A stretch of DNA of 64,000 bases from Gaiellales bacterium. Its GTDB lineage: Bacteria; Actinomycetota; Thermoleophilia; Gaiellales; F1-60-MAGs149. Within the stretch, counting starts at the first letter, position 1. The number at the start of each line of letters is the position of its first letter. Positions 16,587-26,342 of this stretch are shown here, one piece after another. The stretch covers positions 6,013-70,012 of the forward strand of contig JBCKBR010000001.1 of assembly GCA_038911065.1 (NCBI GenBank). Direction: 5' to 3'. The notes beneath the pieces are model-generated. The model saw only the letters and a program-made list of their open reading frames with translations, searched no databases and had not been told where the DNA came from. The position numbers and the translations under genes are program-made.

Positions 16587-17554
16587 GTAATCACCGCAGG
16601 CATCTGCTCGGCATGCACGATCTCGATAGTGCGGATGTCGAACGTATTTTGGAGACGGCTGCCGGCTTCGAGGATGTTGTCGAGCGCGACGTCAAGAAGG
16701 TGCCGACGCTGCGGGGTCGCACCGTGCTGAATCTCTTCTACGAGTCGTCGACGCGCACGAGTGCGAGTTTCGAGTTGGCGGCGAAGCGTCTCAGTGCTGA
16801 TGTTGTCAGCGTCAAGGCGGCCGGCTCGAGTGTCGACAAGGGCGAGTCGCTCAAGGACACGGTGCGCACGCTCAATGCCTACAAGCCGAACATCATCGTG
16901 ATCCGCCATCCGCATATCGGTGCGGCACAACTGACGGCGCGCTGGTCGGATGCGCATGTTGTCAACGCGGGTGATGGCAAGCATCAGCACCCCACGCAGA
17001 GCCTGCTCGATCTGTACACGATCAAAAAGCGGCTCGGGCGCCTGCAGGATGTCAAGGTTTCGATCGTCGGCGATGTGCTGCATAGTCGCGTTGCGCGCAG
17101 CAACATCGAGGGCTTCCAGATGATGGGTCTCGATGTGACGCTGGTCGGGCCGCCCGCGCTGATTCCGCCGGGGATCGAGGAGGCAACGGGCGTCAAAGTC
17201 TCGGACGATCCGGAGTCGATGAGCGAGGCAGATGTCATCTACGTCTTGCGGATGCAGCACGAGCGCATGGAGGCGGGCCAGAACTATCTGCCGAGTTTGC
17301 GTGAGTACGCGCGCGTCTGGGGTGTCAATGCGCGGCGTGTGCGTCCGGGGCAGGTGGTGATGCATCCGGGGCCGATGAATCGCGGTGTCGAGATCGCGCC
17401 GGATGTCGCCGATTCTGCGGCTTCGCTGGTCGAAAACCAGGTCGAGGCTGGGCTGGTTGTGCGGATGGCGGTGCTCTACGACCTGATGACGCGCCCCTCG
17501 ATGGGCACGGTCATTGATATTCGGGAGCGCACGGGCGAGTGGGGGGCGGCATGA
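16583..17554 (+). CDS. pyrB: Aspartate carbamoyltransferase catalytic subunit
   Basis: [15 protein letters not shown] and [11 protein letters not shown] motifs. ATGA overlap with pyrR. Confidence 0.95.
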   Translation: MSNHRRHLLGMHDLDSADVERILETAAGFEDVVERDVKKVPTLRGRTVLNLFYESSTRTSASFELAAKRLSADVVSVKAAGSSVDKGESLKDTVRTLNAYKPNIIVIRHPHIGAAQLTARWSDAHVVNAGDGKHQHPTQSLLDLYTIKKRLGRLQDVKVSIVGDVLHSRVARSNIEGFQMMGLDVTLVGPPALIPPGIEEATGVKVSDDPESMSEADVIYVLRMQHERMEAGQNYLPSLREYARVWGVNARRVRPGQVVMHPGPMNRGVEIAPDVADSAASLVENQVEAGLVVRMAVLYDLMTRPSMGTVIDIRERTGEWGAA

Positions 17555-18888
17555 CGCGTCTCGAGATGCGCAAGGTCGAGCCGGTCAGTCTGTTGATCCG
17601 CGGTGCGCGTCTGCTCGATCCGGTTGAGGGGCTCGATGTGACGGCAGATCTCTTGATTCACGCTGGCAAGATCGCGCAGATCGGTGATCGCTTGGACGCG
17701 CCCGAAGGCACGCGTGTGATCGAGGCGGGGCGTCGTACGGTGCTGCCGGGTCTGGTTGATCCACACGTGCATTTGCGCGTGCCGGGCCAGGAGTACAAGG
17801 AGGATTGTGCGACGGGGTCGGCGGCGGCTGCGGCGGGTGGCTACACAACGATTCTGTCGATGCCGAATACGGATCCGGTGATCGATTCGGGCGCGACGCT
17901 CGAGGCCGCGTTCGAGCGGGCAAGGGAGAACGCGGTGATCCCGGTTGGCTTCTTGGCGGCCGTCACGATTGGTCGGCTTGGCGAGACGCTGACGGAGATG
18001 CGCGATCTTGCTGACCGTGGCGCCGCGGGCTTTACCGATGACGGCTCGCCGATCGAGAGCGCGCGTGTGATGCGCCGTGCCCTGCAGTACCTCAAGCCAT
18101 TGAATCTGCCGATCGCGTTGCACGAGGAAGAGTCGTCGCTGACCCGCGGTGGCCACATGCACGAGGGCGCTGTTTCGGCGCGGCTTGGTCTCGGTGCGTG
18201 GCCGGGTGTGGCAGAGACGCTGATGGTGGCGCGCGACCTTCGCCTGGCCGAATTGGAGGGGGCGAGGATCCACCTGCAGCACCTTTCGATTCGCGGTAGC
18301 GTCGAGGAGGTTGCGCGCGGCCGCGAGCGGGGTGTGCGCGTGTCGAGCGAGGCGAGCCCGCATCACTTGACGCTTTCGGACGAGGCGGTCTATAGCCTCG
18401 ATAGTAACTTCAAGATGAACCCGCCCTTGTCGAGTGAGGATGACCGACAGGCGCTGATTGAAGGCATCCTTAGCGGCGTGATCGATTGCATCGCAACGGA
18501 CCATGCGCCTCACGCGCAGCACGAGAAGGAGGTGCCGTTCGAGGCCGCTGCCTTTGGTGTGACGGGGTTGGAGACGGCGCTGCCGATCTTGTTGGAGGAG
18601 CTCGTCGAGCCGGGGCTGGTGCCGCTCGCAACGATTCTGCGGGCGATGACGGAGGGGCCGTGCAATGCCTTCGACTTGGAGCGTCCGGCATTGCGCGTTG
18701 GCGCGCCGGCGAATCTTGCGATCTGGGATCTCGATGCGCGGTGGACGGTTGGTGAGCGCCCGTTCCATTCGAAGAGCAAGAACTCGTGCTTCCTTGGGAG
18801 GCGCGTGCGCGGCAAGTGCCTCGTCACGATCGCGGCGGGCTCTATCGCGCTCGATGCGATGGAAGACAAGGCGGTCGGTGCCGTATGA
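17551..18888 (+). CDS. pyrC: Dihydroorotase
   Basis: VDPHVHLRVPG and ATDHAPH metal-binding motifs. ATG 17551 is chosen (ATGA overlap with the pyrB stop); the ORF track start is GTG 17539. Confidence 0.9.
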   Translation: MTRLEMRKVEPVSLLIRGARLLDPVEGLDVTADLLIHAGKIAQIGDRLDAPEGTRVIEAGRRTVLPGLVDPHVHLRVPGQEYKEDCATGSAAAAAGGYTTILSMPNTDPVIDSGATLEAAFERARENAVIPVGFLAAVTIGRLGETLTEMRDLADRGAAGFTDDGSPIESARVMRRALQYLKPLNLPIALHEEESSLTRGGHMHEGAVSARLGLGAWPGVAETLMVARDLRLAELEGARIHLQHLSIRGSVEEVARGRERGVRVSSEASPHHLTLSDEAVYSLDSNFKMNPPLSSEDDRQALIEGILSGVIDCIATDHAPHAQHEKEVPFEAAAFGVTGLETALPILLEELVEPGLVPLATILRAMTEGPCNAFDLERPALRVGAPANLAIWDLDARWTVGERPFHSKSKNSCFLGRRVRGKCLVTIAAGSIALDAMEDKAVGAV

Positions 18889-19979
18889 GTGCCGCCTACT
18901 TGCTGCTCGAGGACGGCACGCGGTTTGAGGGTGAGGGGGCGGGTGCGATCACGGTCGCGCTCGGTGAGGCGGTTTTCACGACCGGGATGACGGGGTATCA
19001 GGAGACGCTCACCGACCCGTCGTTTAGCGGCCAGATCATCACCTTCTCGGCACCGATGATCGGCAATTACGGTGTGGAGAGCGATGTCGGCGAGTCGGAC
19101 CGCGTGCAGGCGATTGGGATGGTCTGTCGCGAGGCGCGTAACACGGCGCCGGCGGGTCGCTCGGGGCTGCTCGATTATCTGTCCGACAATGGAGTGCCGG
19201 TGTTATTTGGCATTGATACGCGCGCGTTGGTGCAGCATCTGCGAGACAAGGGTGCGATGCGCGCTGCGCTCGTAACGGACGGCACGTCGATCGAGGATGC
19301 GCAGAGGCTGGTTGCGGCGACGCCAGAGATGAGCGGGCAGGATCTCGCCGCTGGCGTGTCGCGTCCACAACGCGAGCAGGGTCCGACGGGTGGAACAGCA
19401 CGCTGCACCGTTGTCTTGCTCGATTATGGCGCGAAGGATTCGATTGGCAAGCTTGTCGCCGAGGCGGGCGCGCACGTCGTGATCGTGCCGCACGATGCCT
19501 CAGCGGCTGACATCGCTGCCCTCGACCCTGATGGCATTCTGCTGGCGAATGGTCCGGGCGATCCGGGGGCGATGGATGCGCATGTGCAGCGCGTGCGCGA
19601 CATGCTCGAGTTGGATGTACCGCTCTTTGGCATCTGTCTCGGGCATCAGTTGCTCGCGCGAGCGCTCGGCTGCTCCACGTTCAAGCTGCGGTTTGGACAT
19701 CGGGGCGCGAATCACCCGGTGCTCGAGACGGAGACGGGCCGCGTGCTGGTGACGAGCCAGAACCACGGCTTCGCGGTCGAGCCGCCCGCGGCGGGCGGCG
19801 ACGTCGTGGTGACGCATCGGAGCTTGTACGACGAGACGGTTGAGGGTTTGCGACTCGAAGGACGCCCGGTCTGGAGCATGCAGTTTCATCCTGAGGCGTC
19901 GCCCGGGCCGCACGATGCGCGCGATGCGCTGATCAGTTTCGTCGACGAGGCCGCCGCCTATCGCGAGAGCAGGAGTTAG
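18885..19979 (+). CDS. carA: Carbamoyl-phosphate synthase small (glutaminase) subunit
   Basis: GATase motif GICLGHQLLA. Start at MSAAYLLLEDGT (ATGA overlap with the pyrC stop). Confidence 0.95.
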   Translation: MSAAYLLLEDGTRFEGEGAGAITVALGEAVFTTGMTGYQETLTDPSFSGQIITFSAPMIGNYGVESDVGESDRVQAIGMVCREARNTAPAGRSGLLDYLSDNGVPVLFGIDTRALVQHLRDKGAMRAALVTDGTSIEDAQRLVAATPEMSGQDLAAGVSRPQREQGPTGGTARCTVVLLDYGAKDSIGKLVAEAGAHVVIVPHDASAADIAALDPDGILLANGPGDPGAMDAHVQRVRDMLELDVPLFGICLGHQLLARALGCSTFKLRFGHRGANHPVLETETGRVLVTSQNHGFAVEPPAAGGDVVVTHRSLYDETVEGLRLEGRPVWSMQFHPEASPGPHDARDALISFVDEAAAYRESRS

Positions 19980-20017
19980 GGCATGGATTGTGTTGGAACT
20001 ATTGATGAGTGCGCTAG

Positions 20018-20053
20018 GGCGGACCTCACATCCGCGGGGTTGTGGCGTCCGCC
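20018..20053 (+). repeat. Solo REP unit in the carA-carB spacer
   Basis: GGCGGACCTCACATCCGCGGGGTTGTGGCGTCCGCC is identical to copies 2 and 5 of the RAYT-flanking arrays. Confidence 0.95.
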
Positions 20054-20077
20054 CTGCGCCGATCGGAAGGCGAGCTA

Positions 20078-23000
20078 GTGCCACGTCGAGACGACCTTAA
20101 GAAGATCGCCGTGATCGGCTCGGGCCCGATCGTGATCGGCCAGGCCTGCGAGTTCGACTACTCCGGCGTCCAGGCCTTGCGCGTGCTGCGCGAGGAGGGC
20201 TATGAGACGGTGTTGATCAACTCGAATCCGGCGACGATCATGACCGACCCGGGCTGGGCGGACCGCACCTATATCGAGCCGCTCGACCTCGAGGGCATTG
20301 CGGGTGTCTTGCGCACGGAGCGCCCCGACGCGCTCTTGCCAACGCTGGGCGGGCAGACCGCGCTCAACGCCGCACTCGAGCTGCAGGCCGCGGGTATCCT
20401 CGACGAGCTCGGTATCGAGCTGATCGGCGCGTCGATCGAGGCGATTCGCACGGCCGAGGATCGCCAGTTGTTTGCGGAGACGATGGCGCGGGTCGGTTTG
20501 CGGACGGCGCGTGGCGAGACGGTTATGAATGTCGAGGAGGCGGTCGCCCTGGTCGAGCAGGGCACGCTGCGGCTACCGCTGGTGATCCGCCCGGCCTTTA
20601 CGCTCGGTGGTGAGGGTGGCGGCTTCGCCTCGACGATGGACGAGTTGCGCGATCACGTCGGTCGCGGCTGTAGTGCGAGTCCGATTAGTCAAGTCCTTGT
20701 CGAAGAATCCGTCAAGGGGTGGGGCGAGTTCGAGCTCGAGGTGATCCGCGACAAGAATGACAACGTGGTGATCGTCTGCTCGATCGAGAATCTCGATGCG
20801 ATGGGCGTGCACACGGGCGACTCGGTCTGTGTGGCGCCTGCGATGACGCTGAGCGATCGCGAGTTCCAGTCCATGCGCGATGCGGCGGCGACGGTGATTC
20901 GCGCGGTGGGTGTCGAGACGGGCGGCTCGAATGTGCAGTTCGCGCTCAATCGCGAGACGGGCGAGATGATCGTGATTGAGATGAATCCTCGCGTGTCGCG
21001 TTCGAGCGCGCTGGCTTCGAAGGCGACGGGGTACCCGATTGCGAAGGTCGCGACGAAGCTCGCGATTGGCTACACCCTCGACGAGATTCCGAACGATCTG
21101 ACACAGACGACGCCCGCCAGTTTCGAGCCGACGCTTGATTATGTGGTGACGAAGCTGCCGCGTTTCGCGTTCGAGAAGTTCGCGGGTTCGGACGACACGT
21201 TGACGACGCAGATGAAGAGTGTCGGCGAGGCGATGTCGATTGGTCGCACGTTTGCGGAGAGCTTCGGCAAGGGCCTTCGCAGCCGCGAGCTCGATGCGCC
21301 GGCGCGTACCGAGGGGAGCCTCGAGGTTGCGAAGTGGGATCGTTACGACCTGATCTTTAGTCGGCTGCGTAATGGCGAGGATCCGCTGGCGCTCAGCAAG
21401 GAGAGCGAGATCCACCCCTGGTTCCTTGAAGAGTTTGCGCGTATGGTCGCGGCCGAGCAGGTGGTTGCACACGCGGGCTTGGAGGGTCTTGACGCCAGAT
21501 CGATGCGGACGGCGAAGCAGATGGGTCTTGCCGATGCGCAGATCGCGACGCTGACGGGCAGGGAGGAGAAGGTGGTGCGCGATTATCGTCGCGGCCTCGG
21601 TGTCGTGCCGTCGTATAAGAGCGTCGATTCGTGTGCGGCGGAGGTCGTGGCGCGCAGTACGTATCGCTATTCCTGTTACGACGCGCTGGACGAGCCCTTC
21701 ACCGATGATCGGCCGGCTGTTGTGATTCTCGGTTCGGGGCCGAATCGCATCGGGCAGGGACTCGAGTTCGATTATTGCTGCGTGCATGCTGCGATGACGC
21801 TGCGACGGCTTGGCTATGCGGCGGTGATGATCAACTGTAATCCCGAGACCGTCAGCACGGATTACGACACGTCTGATCGACTCTATTTCGAGCCGCTCAC
21901 GATCGAGGATGTGCTCGAGGTAATTGCGCGCGAAAACCCTGTTGGTGTGGTCGTGCAGTTTGGTGGCCAGACACCGCTGCGTCTGGCCGAGCGATTGGTG
22001 CAGGAGGGCGTGCCGATCCTCGGTACCCCGTTCGAGAGTATCGATCTCGCGGAGGATCGCCTGCGCTTTGGCGAATTGCTCGAGCGGATCGGTTTGCGGG
22101 CGCCGGATTGGGCGATTGCGGATGGTATGGAGCAGGCCGTCGAGGCAGCGAATCGCATTGGCTACCCGGTGCTGGTGCGTCCGTCGTACGTGCTTGGCGG
22201 CCGTGCGATGCGGATCTGTTACGACGAGGCGACTTTGCGGGATGGGCATGTCGGCCCCTCGACGCTGGTCGATCGCTTCGTCGAGGACGCGATCGAGATC
22301 GATGTCGATGCCGTCTCTGATGGTCGCGATGTCCTGATTGGCGCCGTTATGCAGCACATCGAGGAGGCTGGTATTCATTCGGGCGATTCGGCGTGTGTCA
22401 TCCCGCCGCTTTCGATTGGCGCGGCGGTCGAGGCCGAGGTGCGGCGCCAGACGGTCGAATTGGCGCGTGCGCTTGGCGTGGTGGGTCTCGTCAATGTGCA
22501 GTATGCGATCCGCGATGGCGAGGTGTTCGTGCTCGAGGCCAATCCGCGTGCGAGCCGCACGGTGCCGTTTGTGGCGAAGGCGACGGGCGTGGCATTGGTC
22601 GATGCTGCGGTGCGTGTCGCGCTCGGCGAGCGCGTGCAGGATTTGGGCATCAGCGAGGAGCGCCCGAGCATGGTTAGTGTCAAAGAGGCTGTGCTGCCGT
22701 TTGCGCGTTTCCCCGGTGCCGATGCGTTGCTTGGTCCGGAGATGCGCGCCACGGGTGAGGTGATGGGCACGGGGCCCGATTTTGCGACGGCGTTTGCGAA
22801 GGCGCAGCGCGCGGCCGGGCAGGCGCTGCCGACGGCGCATCCGGATGGTTCGACGGGTGTTGCGTTGACGGTCAACGATCGCGACAAGCCGGCTGCAGCG
22901 TCGATTGCGCAGCAGCTCGTCAAGGCGGGCTTTACCGTCTATTCGACGGAGGGTACGGCGCGTGCCTTGCGGCAGATGGGTATCGCGGTCGAGCAGGTCG

Positions 23001-23260
23001 CAAAGTTGTCGGAGGTGGGGGACACGATTCCGGATCTGATCCGCGATGGCAAGATCGCGTTGGTCATCAACACGCCGCTGGGGCAGGGTGCGCGTGGCGA
23101 TGGCTACGAGATTCGTCGGGCGGCGGTGCAGTACCGCGTGCCGTGTATTACGACGATGTCGGGTGCGGCAGCGGCGGTGCAGGCGATGGAGCGCGCGTGG
23201 AAGGTCGAGGGCAAGGCGTTGCAGGATCTGCATCGGTCGCTTGGTGGCTCGGCGGCATGA
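20078..23260 (+). CDS. carB: Carbamoyl-phosphate synthase large subunit
   Basis: About 1060 aa with duplicated ATP-grasp halves and a conserved N-terminus [26 protein letters not shown] 20078 is preferred (GAAGG upstream); the codons before it are REP-derived. Confidence 0.95.
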   Translation: MPRRDDLKKIAVIGSGPIVIGQACEFDYSGVQALRVLREEGYETVLINSNPATIMTDPGWADRTYIEPLDLEGIAGVLRTERPDALLPTLGGQTALNAALELQAAGILDELGIELIGASIEAIRTAEDRQLFAETMARVGLRTARGETVMNVEEAVALVEQGTLRLPLVIRPAFTLGGEGGGFASTMDELRDHVGRGCSASPISQVLVEESVKGWGEFELEVIRDKNDNVVIVCSIENLDAMGVHTGDSVCVAPAMTLSDREFQSMRDAAATVIRAVGVETGGSNVQFALNRETGEMIVIEMNPRVSRSSALASKATGYPIAKVATKLAIGYTLDEIPNDLTQTTPASFEPTLDYVVTKLPRFAFEKFAGSDDTLTTQMKSVGEAMSIGRTFAESFGKGLRSRELDAPARTEGSLEVAKWDRYDLIFSRLRNGEDPLALSKESEIHPWFLEEFARMVAAEQVVAHAGLEGLDARSMRTAKQMGLADAQIATLTGREEKVVRDYRRGLGVVPSYKSVDSCAAEVVARSTYRYSCYDALDEPFTDDRPAVVILGSGPNRIGQGLEFDYCCVHAAMTLRRLGYAAVMINCNPETVSTDYDTSDRLYFEPLTIEDVLEVIARENPVGVVVQFGGQTPLRLAERLVQEGVPILGTPFESIDLAEDRLRFGELLERIGLRAPDWAIADGMEQAVEAANRIGYPVLVRPSYVLGGRAMRICYDEATLRDGHVGPSTLVDRFVEDAIEIDVDAVSDGRDVLIGAVMQHIEEAGIHSGDSACVIPPLSIGAAVEAEVRRQTVELARALGVVGLVNVQYAIRDGEVFVLEANPRASRTVPFVAKATGVALVDAAVRVALGERVQDLGISEERPSMVSVKEAVLPFARFPGADALLGPEMRATGEVMGTGPDFATAFAKAQRAAGQALPTAHPDGSTGVALTVNDRDKPAAASIAQQLVKAGFTVYSTEGTARALRQMGIAVEQVAKLSEVGDTIPDLIRDGKIALVINTPLGQGARGDGYEIRRAAVQYRVPCITTMSGAAAAVQAMERAWKVEGKALQDLHRSLGGSAA

Positions 23261-23997
23261 GTGTCACGGCCGAGCACGCGACGCGGCTCGGTCCGTTTAG
23301 TGCACGCGTCACGGCGGTCGAACCGCTTGGTGGTCTCGCACTCGTGCGTCTCGATCTTGATCCCCGCACCGCGCTCGGGCAGCCAGGCCAGTTCCATATG
23401 CTGCGTAACGCGTCTGGGCACGATTATTTGGCGCGGCCCATCGGGCTGATCGAGCTCGCGGATGGTGTCGGCTTCGTGGTCGATCCTTCGAGTGCTGCGG
23501 GCGAGTTGGCGGGGCCGATGCTCGAGTTGTTGGGGCCGCTCGGCACGGGCTTCGATCTGTCGTCGGTGCGAGCCGAGTCGACGCTATTGGTGGCGGCCGG
23601 GTTTGGCCTGACGGCGATGCCCGGGGTCGCGCGGCGGTACGACCGTATCCCGCTGATTGCCGGTTTCCGGCAAGCCGATCATGTACCCCTGCTTGGCCTG
23701 TTGGAGGGTGTAACAATTGCCGCGACGATGATCGCGCCCGAGCTCGTCACGACGCCGCTAGAGGTGGCTCTGGCGACGGGACAGTACACCCAGGTGCTGG
23801 CTGCTGGTCCCAGCGGGCTTGGCGTCGCCGTCGCCAAGATCTGCGCAGAACATCAGGTGCAGAGCCAAATTGCGCTCGAGGCGCCGATGGCGTGTGGCTT
23901 CGGCGCGTGCTATGGGTGCGTCGTCGAGATCGACGGCGAGTGGAAACGCTGCTGCATTGAGGGCCCCGTCGTCGATGGCCCGAGGCTCGTCGTATGA
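23257..23997 (+). CDS. pyrK: Dihydroorotate dehydrogenase electron-transfer subunit (class 1B)
   Basis: C-terminal 2Fe-2S cysteine cluster [11 protein letters not shown] ... CC. ATGA overlap with the carB stop. Confidence 0.8.
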   Translation: MSVTAEHATRLGPFSARVTAVEPLGGLALVRLDLDPRTALGQPGQFHMLRNASGHDYLARPIGLIELADGVGFVVDPSSAAGELAGPMLELLGPLGTGFDLSSVRAESTLLVAAGFGLTAMPGVARRYDRIPLIAGFRQADHVPLLGLLEGVTIAATMIAPELVTTPLEVALATGQYTQVLAAGPSGLGVAVAKICAEHQVQSQIALEAPMACGFGACYGCVVEIDGEWKRCCIEGPVVDGPRLVV

Positions 23998-24845
23998 GCA
24001 TCACTGTCGGCCGTCTGTCGCTCGCGCATCCGCTGCTCAACGCTTCGGGCACGTGGGATGCTCTCGAGGCGCATCGCTTGTTTGGCGAGGCAACGCCCGG
24101 GTTTGCCGCGTTCGTGACGAAGACGGTCACACCAGACCCGCGTCCCGGCAACGTGCCGCCACGGTTGGCGCCGTCCCGACAAGGGCTGCTCAACTCAATT
24201 GGACTGCCCGGTCCGGGGCTTGACGTGTTCGTCGAGACACTGCTGCCGCGGGTTGCGCGACTCTTGGAGAATACGCCAATCATCTGTTCTGTTGGAGGCT
24301 TCTCGGTCGACGATTTCGTGCGTATCGCGACCGTGCTCGATGCGCATAGCGATTGCGATGCGATCGAACTGAACGTCTCGTGTCCGAACGTCGAGTCGGG
24401 CTGCGCCTCGATCGGCGGCGATGCTGGCGAGACGGAGCGTCTGACGCGCGCAGTGCGGGCGGTCACGGCCAAGCCACTGTTTGTCAAGCTGTCGGCGAGT
24501 GTCGTGGATATTGCTGCGATTGCGCGTGCGGCCGAGGCGGGTGGCGCCGACGCGTTGGTCTGCATCAATACGGTCAAGGCGACGGCGATCGATCGACGGA
24601 CCGGCAAGAACTGGTTTGGTGGCGGCGGTGGCGGCCTGTCGGGTGCGGCGATCAAGCCGGTTGCTGTGCATGCGGTGTTGGCGTGCCGCGAGGCGACGGG
24701 GCTCGACATTGTTGGTGTTGGTGGTGTCGAGTCGGCAGACGATGTGCGCGACCTCTTGGCAGCGGGTGCGCAGGCGGTGGCGTTGGGCACGGCGCTGTTT
24801 CGCGATCCATCGTTGGCGCGCAAGATTGCTGCAGCTCTCGCCTAG
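23994..24845 (+). CDS. pyrD: Dihydroorotate dehydrogenase catalytic subunit (class 1B)
   Basis: LNASGT and NVSCPN motifs. ATGA overlap with pyrK. Confidence 0.9.
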   Translation: MSITVGRLSLAHPLLNASGTWDALEAHRLFGEATPGFAAFVTKTVTPDPRPGNVPPRLAPSRQGLLNSIGLPGPGLDVFVETLLPRVARLLENTPIICSVGGFSVDDFVRIATVLDAHSDCDAIELNVSCPNVESGCASIGGDAGETERLTRAVRAVTAKPLFVKLSASVVDIAAIARAAEAGGADALVCINTVKATAIDRRTGKNWFGGGGGGLSGAAIKPVAVHAVLACREATGLDIVGVGGVESADDVRDLLAAGAQAVALGTALFRDPSLARKIAAALA

Positions 24846-24942
24846 GTGCGCAGAGCGGTCACCACCCTACACCTGATTCACGCAAAAAACAACTAATATC
24901 GCACCTTATCCGTTTCCGGCAACACTCAAAAATAGTTGAAGG

Positions 24943-24972
24943 TTGATGTCGGGTCCTCCGACACACTAGGAT
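24943..24972 (+). promoter_or_regulatory. Candidate sigma-A type promoter of mihF (leaderless arrangement)
   Basis: TTGATG (24943-24948), 18-nt spacer, TAGGAT (24967-24972), then 7 nt to GTG 24980. The upstream region is AT-rich. Confidence 0.55.
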
Positions 24973-24979
24973 CTCTCTC

Positions 24980-25348
24980 GTGACGCCGCCCGCCCCACAA
25001 TCGCCGGTCGTGTCGGCATCGCGCGAGGCATTGCTTCGACACGAGACGCCGACTCGTTCGGCGAGCCAGCGCGAGTCGGCGCTTGCGCGCGCCAATGTGA
25101 TCCGTGTCAAGCGGGCGGGCCTCAAGCGCGATCTCAAGTCGGGCGAGCGGTTCGTCTGCGACGTGCTGGAGCGGCCTGCCGAGTGGGTGTTGACGGCGAA
25201 GGTGCACGACTTGTTGGTGTGCACGCCGGGTATTGGTGGTGTCAAGGCCGGCAAGCTGCTGCAGCAGTGCCGTATCTCGGCGTCGAAGACGGTGGGTGGC
25301 TTGTCGGAGCGCCAGCGCACCGAGCTCGTCGTCTTGCTGCGTCGGTAG
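24980..25348 (+). CDS. mihF: Actinobacterial integration host factor mIHF
   Basis: C-terminal LVCTPGIGGVKAGKLLQQCRISASKTVGGLSERQRTELV matches the mIHF pattern. Lies immediately upstream of gmk, as in Actinomycetota. Confidence 0.85.
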   Translation: MTPPAPQSPVVSASREALLRHETPTRSASQRESALARANVIRVKRAGLKRDLKSGERFVCDVLERPAEWVLTAKVHDLLVCTPGIGGVKAGKLLQQCRISASKTVGGLSERQRTELVVLLRR

Positions 25349-25913
25349 GCTCCCGATCGCGCGCCTCTTTGTTATTTCGGGGCCGTCGGGTGCCGGTAAG
25401 GGCACGCTGATCCGCGGCGTCCTCGCGGCTCGGCCCGGTCTTGCCACGGTGGCGACGAGCGCGACGACGCGGCCGATGCGCTCGGGTGAGGCAGAGGGGC
25501 GCGAGTACTTCTTTCTTAGCCTCGAGGAGTTCGATCGTCGGGTCGAGGCAGGCGATTTCGAGGAGCACGTCGAGTTTGCCGGCAATCGCTATGGCACGCT
25601 CAAGAGCGAGGTCGATCACTTGTTGGCGGCGGGCCAGAGCGTCATTCTCGAACTCGAGGTCGATGGTTCTCTACTGATCAAGCAACGTCGTCCCGATGCC
25701 TGCCTGATCTTCATTGATTGCCCACCCGAAGAGCTTCGTCGTCGACTGATCGCGCGCCAAACTGAGCTGGCGGGCGAGATCGAGGATCGGCTCCGCATCG
25801 CAGACCAGCAGTCGCGCGACAAAACTGCCTTCGATCACATCGTCGTCAACGAGGATGTCGATTGCGCTGTGCTGGAGCTCCTCGAGACGATGGAGCGCGA
25901 GCTCGGCGCGTAG
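25296..25913 (+). CDS. gmk: Guanylate kinase (start codon uncertain)
   Basis: P-loop VISGPSGAGKGTL. GTG 25296 is the in-frame canonical start nearest the P-loop; the track ORF begins at ATG 25233. There is no ATG/GTG/TTG between the mihF stop and the P-loop. Confidence 0.85.
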   Translation: MACRSASAPSSSSCCVGRLPIARLFVISGPSGAGKGTLIRGVLAARPGLATVATSATTRPMRSGEAEGREYFFLSLEEFDRRVEAGDFEEHVEFAGNRYGTLKSEVDHLLAAGQSVILELEVDGSLLIKQRRPDACLIFIDCPPEELRRRLIARQTELAGEIEDRLRIADQQSRDKTAFDHIVVNEDVDCAVLELLETMERELGA

Positions 25914-25914
25914 G

Positions 25915-25948
25915 GATTTCGCGATGGGGTCAGGCCTCATCACGAAAT
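25915..25948. terminator. Clamp-only hairpin (GATTTCGCGATGGGG ... CCTCATCACGAAAT) after gmk
   Basis: Imperfect inverted repeat that starts 2 nt after the gmk stop. It has the same arm sequence as the outer arms of the 11076 and 49077 palindromes but no REP core. Confidence 0.45.
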
Positions 25949-26099
25949 GCGAATTCGCTTTGTGACGGCTGATCGCGTGTTCGATCGAAACGTACGCTGG
26001 TGCCGCCGAACGGACTGATCCCGATTCTCAGCGCGACTGCTACCTTGTGGCAGTCGTCGCACGTGGTGTGCGGCACAGCATTGGAGTTCCGACGATTCC

Positions 26100-26342
26100 A
26101 TGATCTATCCGAAGATTGATGACCTCACTGCCGTTATTCCATCGAAGTACGCTTTGGTGCTGGTGGCTAGCCGCCGCGCCCGCGAACTGAATGACTATCA
26201 CCGACAGTTGGGCGAGGGCGATTTCGCTGGCGAGAAGCAATACGCACCGCCAATGGTCGAGTCGCGTTCGAAGAATTATCTGACGATGGCACTCGAGGAG
26301 ATCGCGGCGGACAAGATCGCGTGGGAGACCAGCGAGTCCTAG
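26100..26342 (+). CDS. rpoZ: DNA-directed RNA polymerase subunit omega
   Basis: IDDLTAVIPSKYALVLVASRRARELN; 80 aa. Confidence 0.9.
   Translation: MIYPKIDDLTAVIPSKYALVLVASRRARELNDYHRQLGEGDFAGEKQYAPPMVESRSKNYLTMALEEIAADKIAWETSES

Noticed and set aside
16391-18768. Long antisense ORFs (16391-17365, 17476-18768) opposite pyrB and pyrC
   Set aside because: Same reasoning: Arg-rich, no motifs, and the sense strand carries conserved enzymes joined by ATGA overlaps.
20573-23233. 886-aa ORF antisense to carB
   Set aside because: Its composition is extremely Arg-rich (runs of R, H, L, T). carB on the other strand has unmistakable conserved motifs.
26034-26056. Hairpin CGACTGC-N9-GCAGTCG in the rpoZ upstream region as a possible regulatory RNA
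   Set aside because: A 7-bp stem of this size is expected by chance in GC-rich DNA. No flanking conservation or motif can be assessed from this window.
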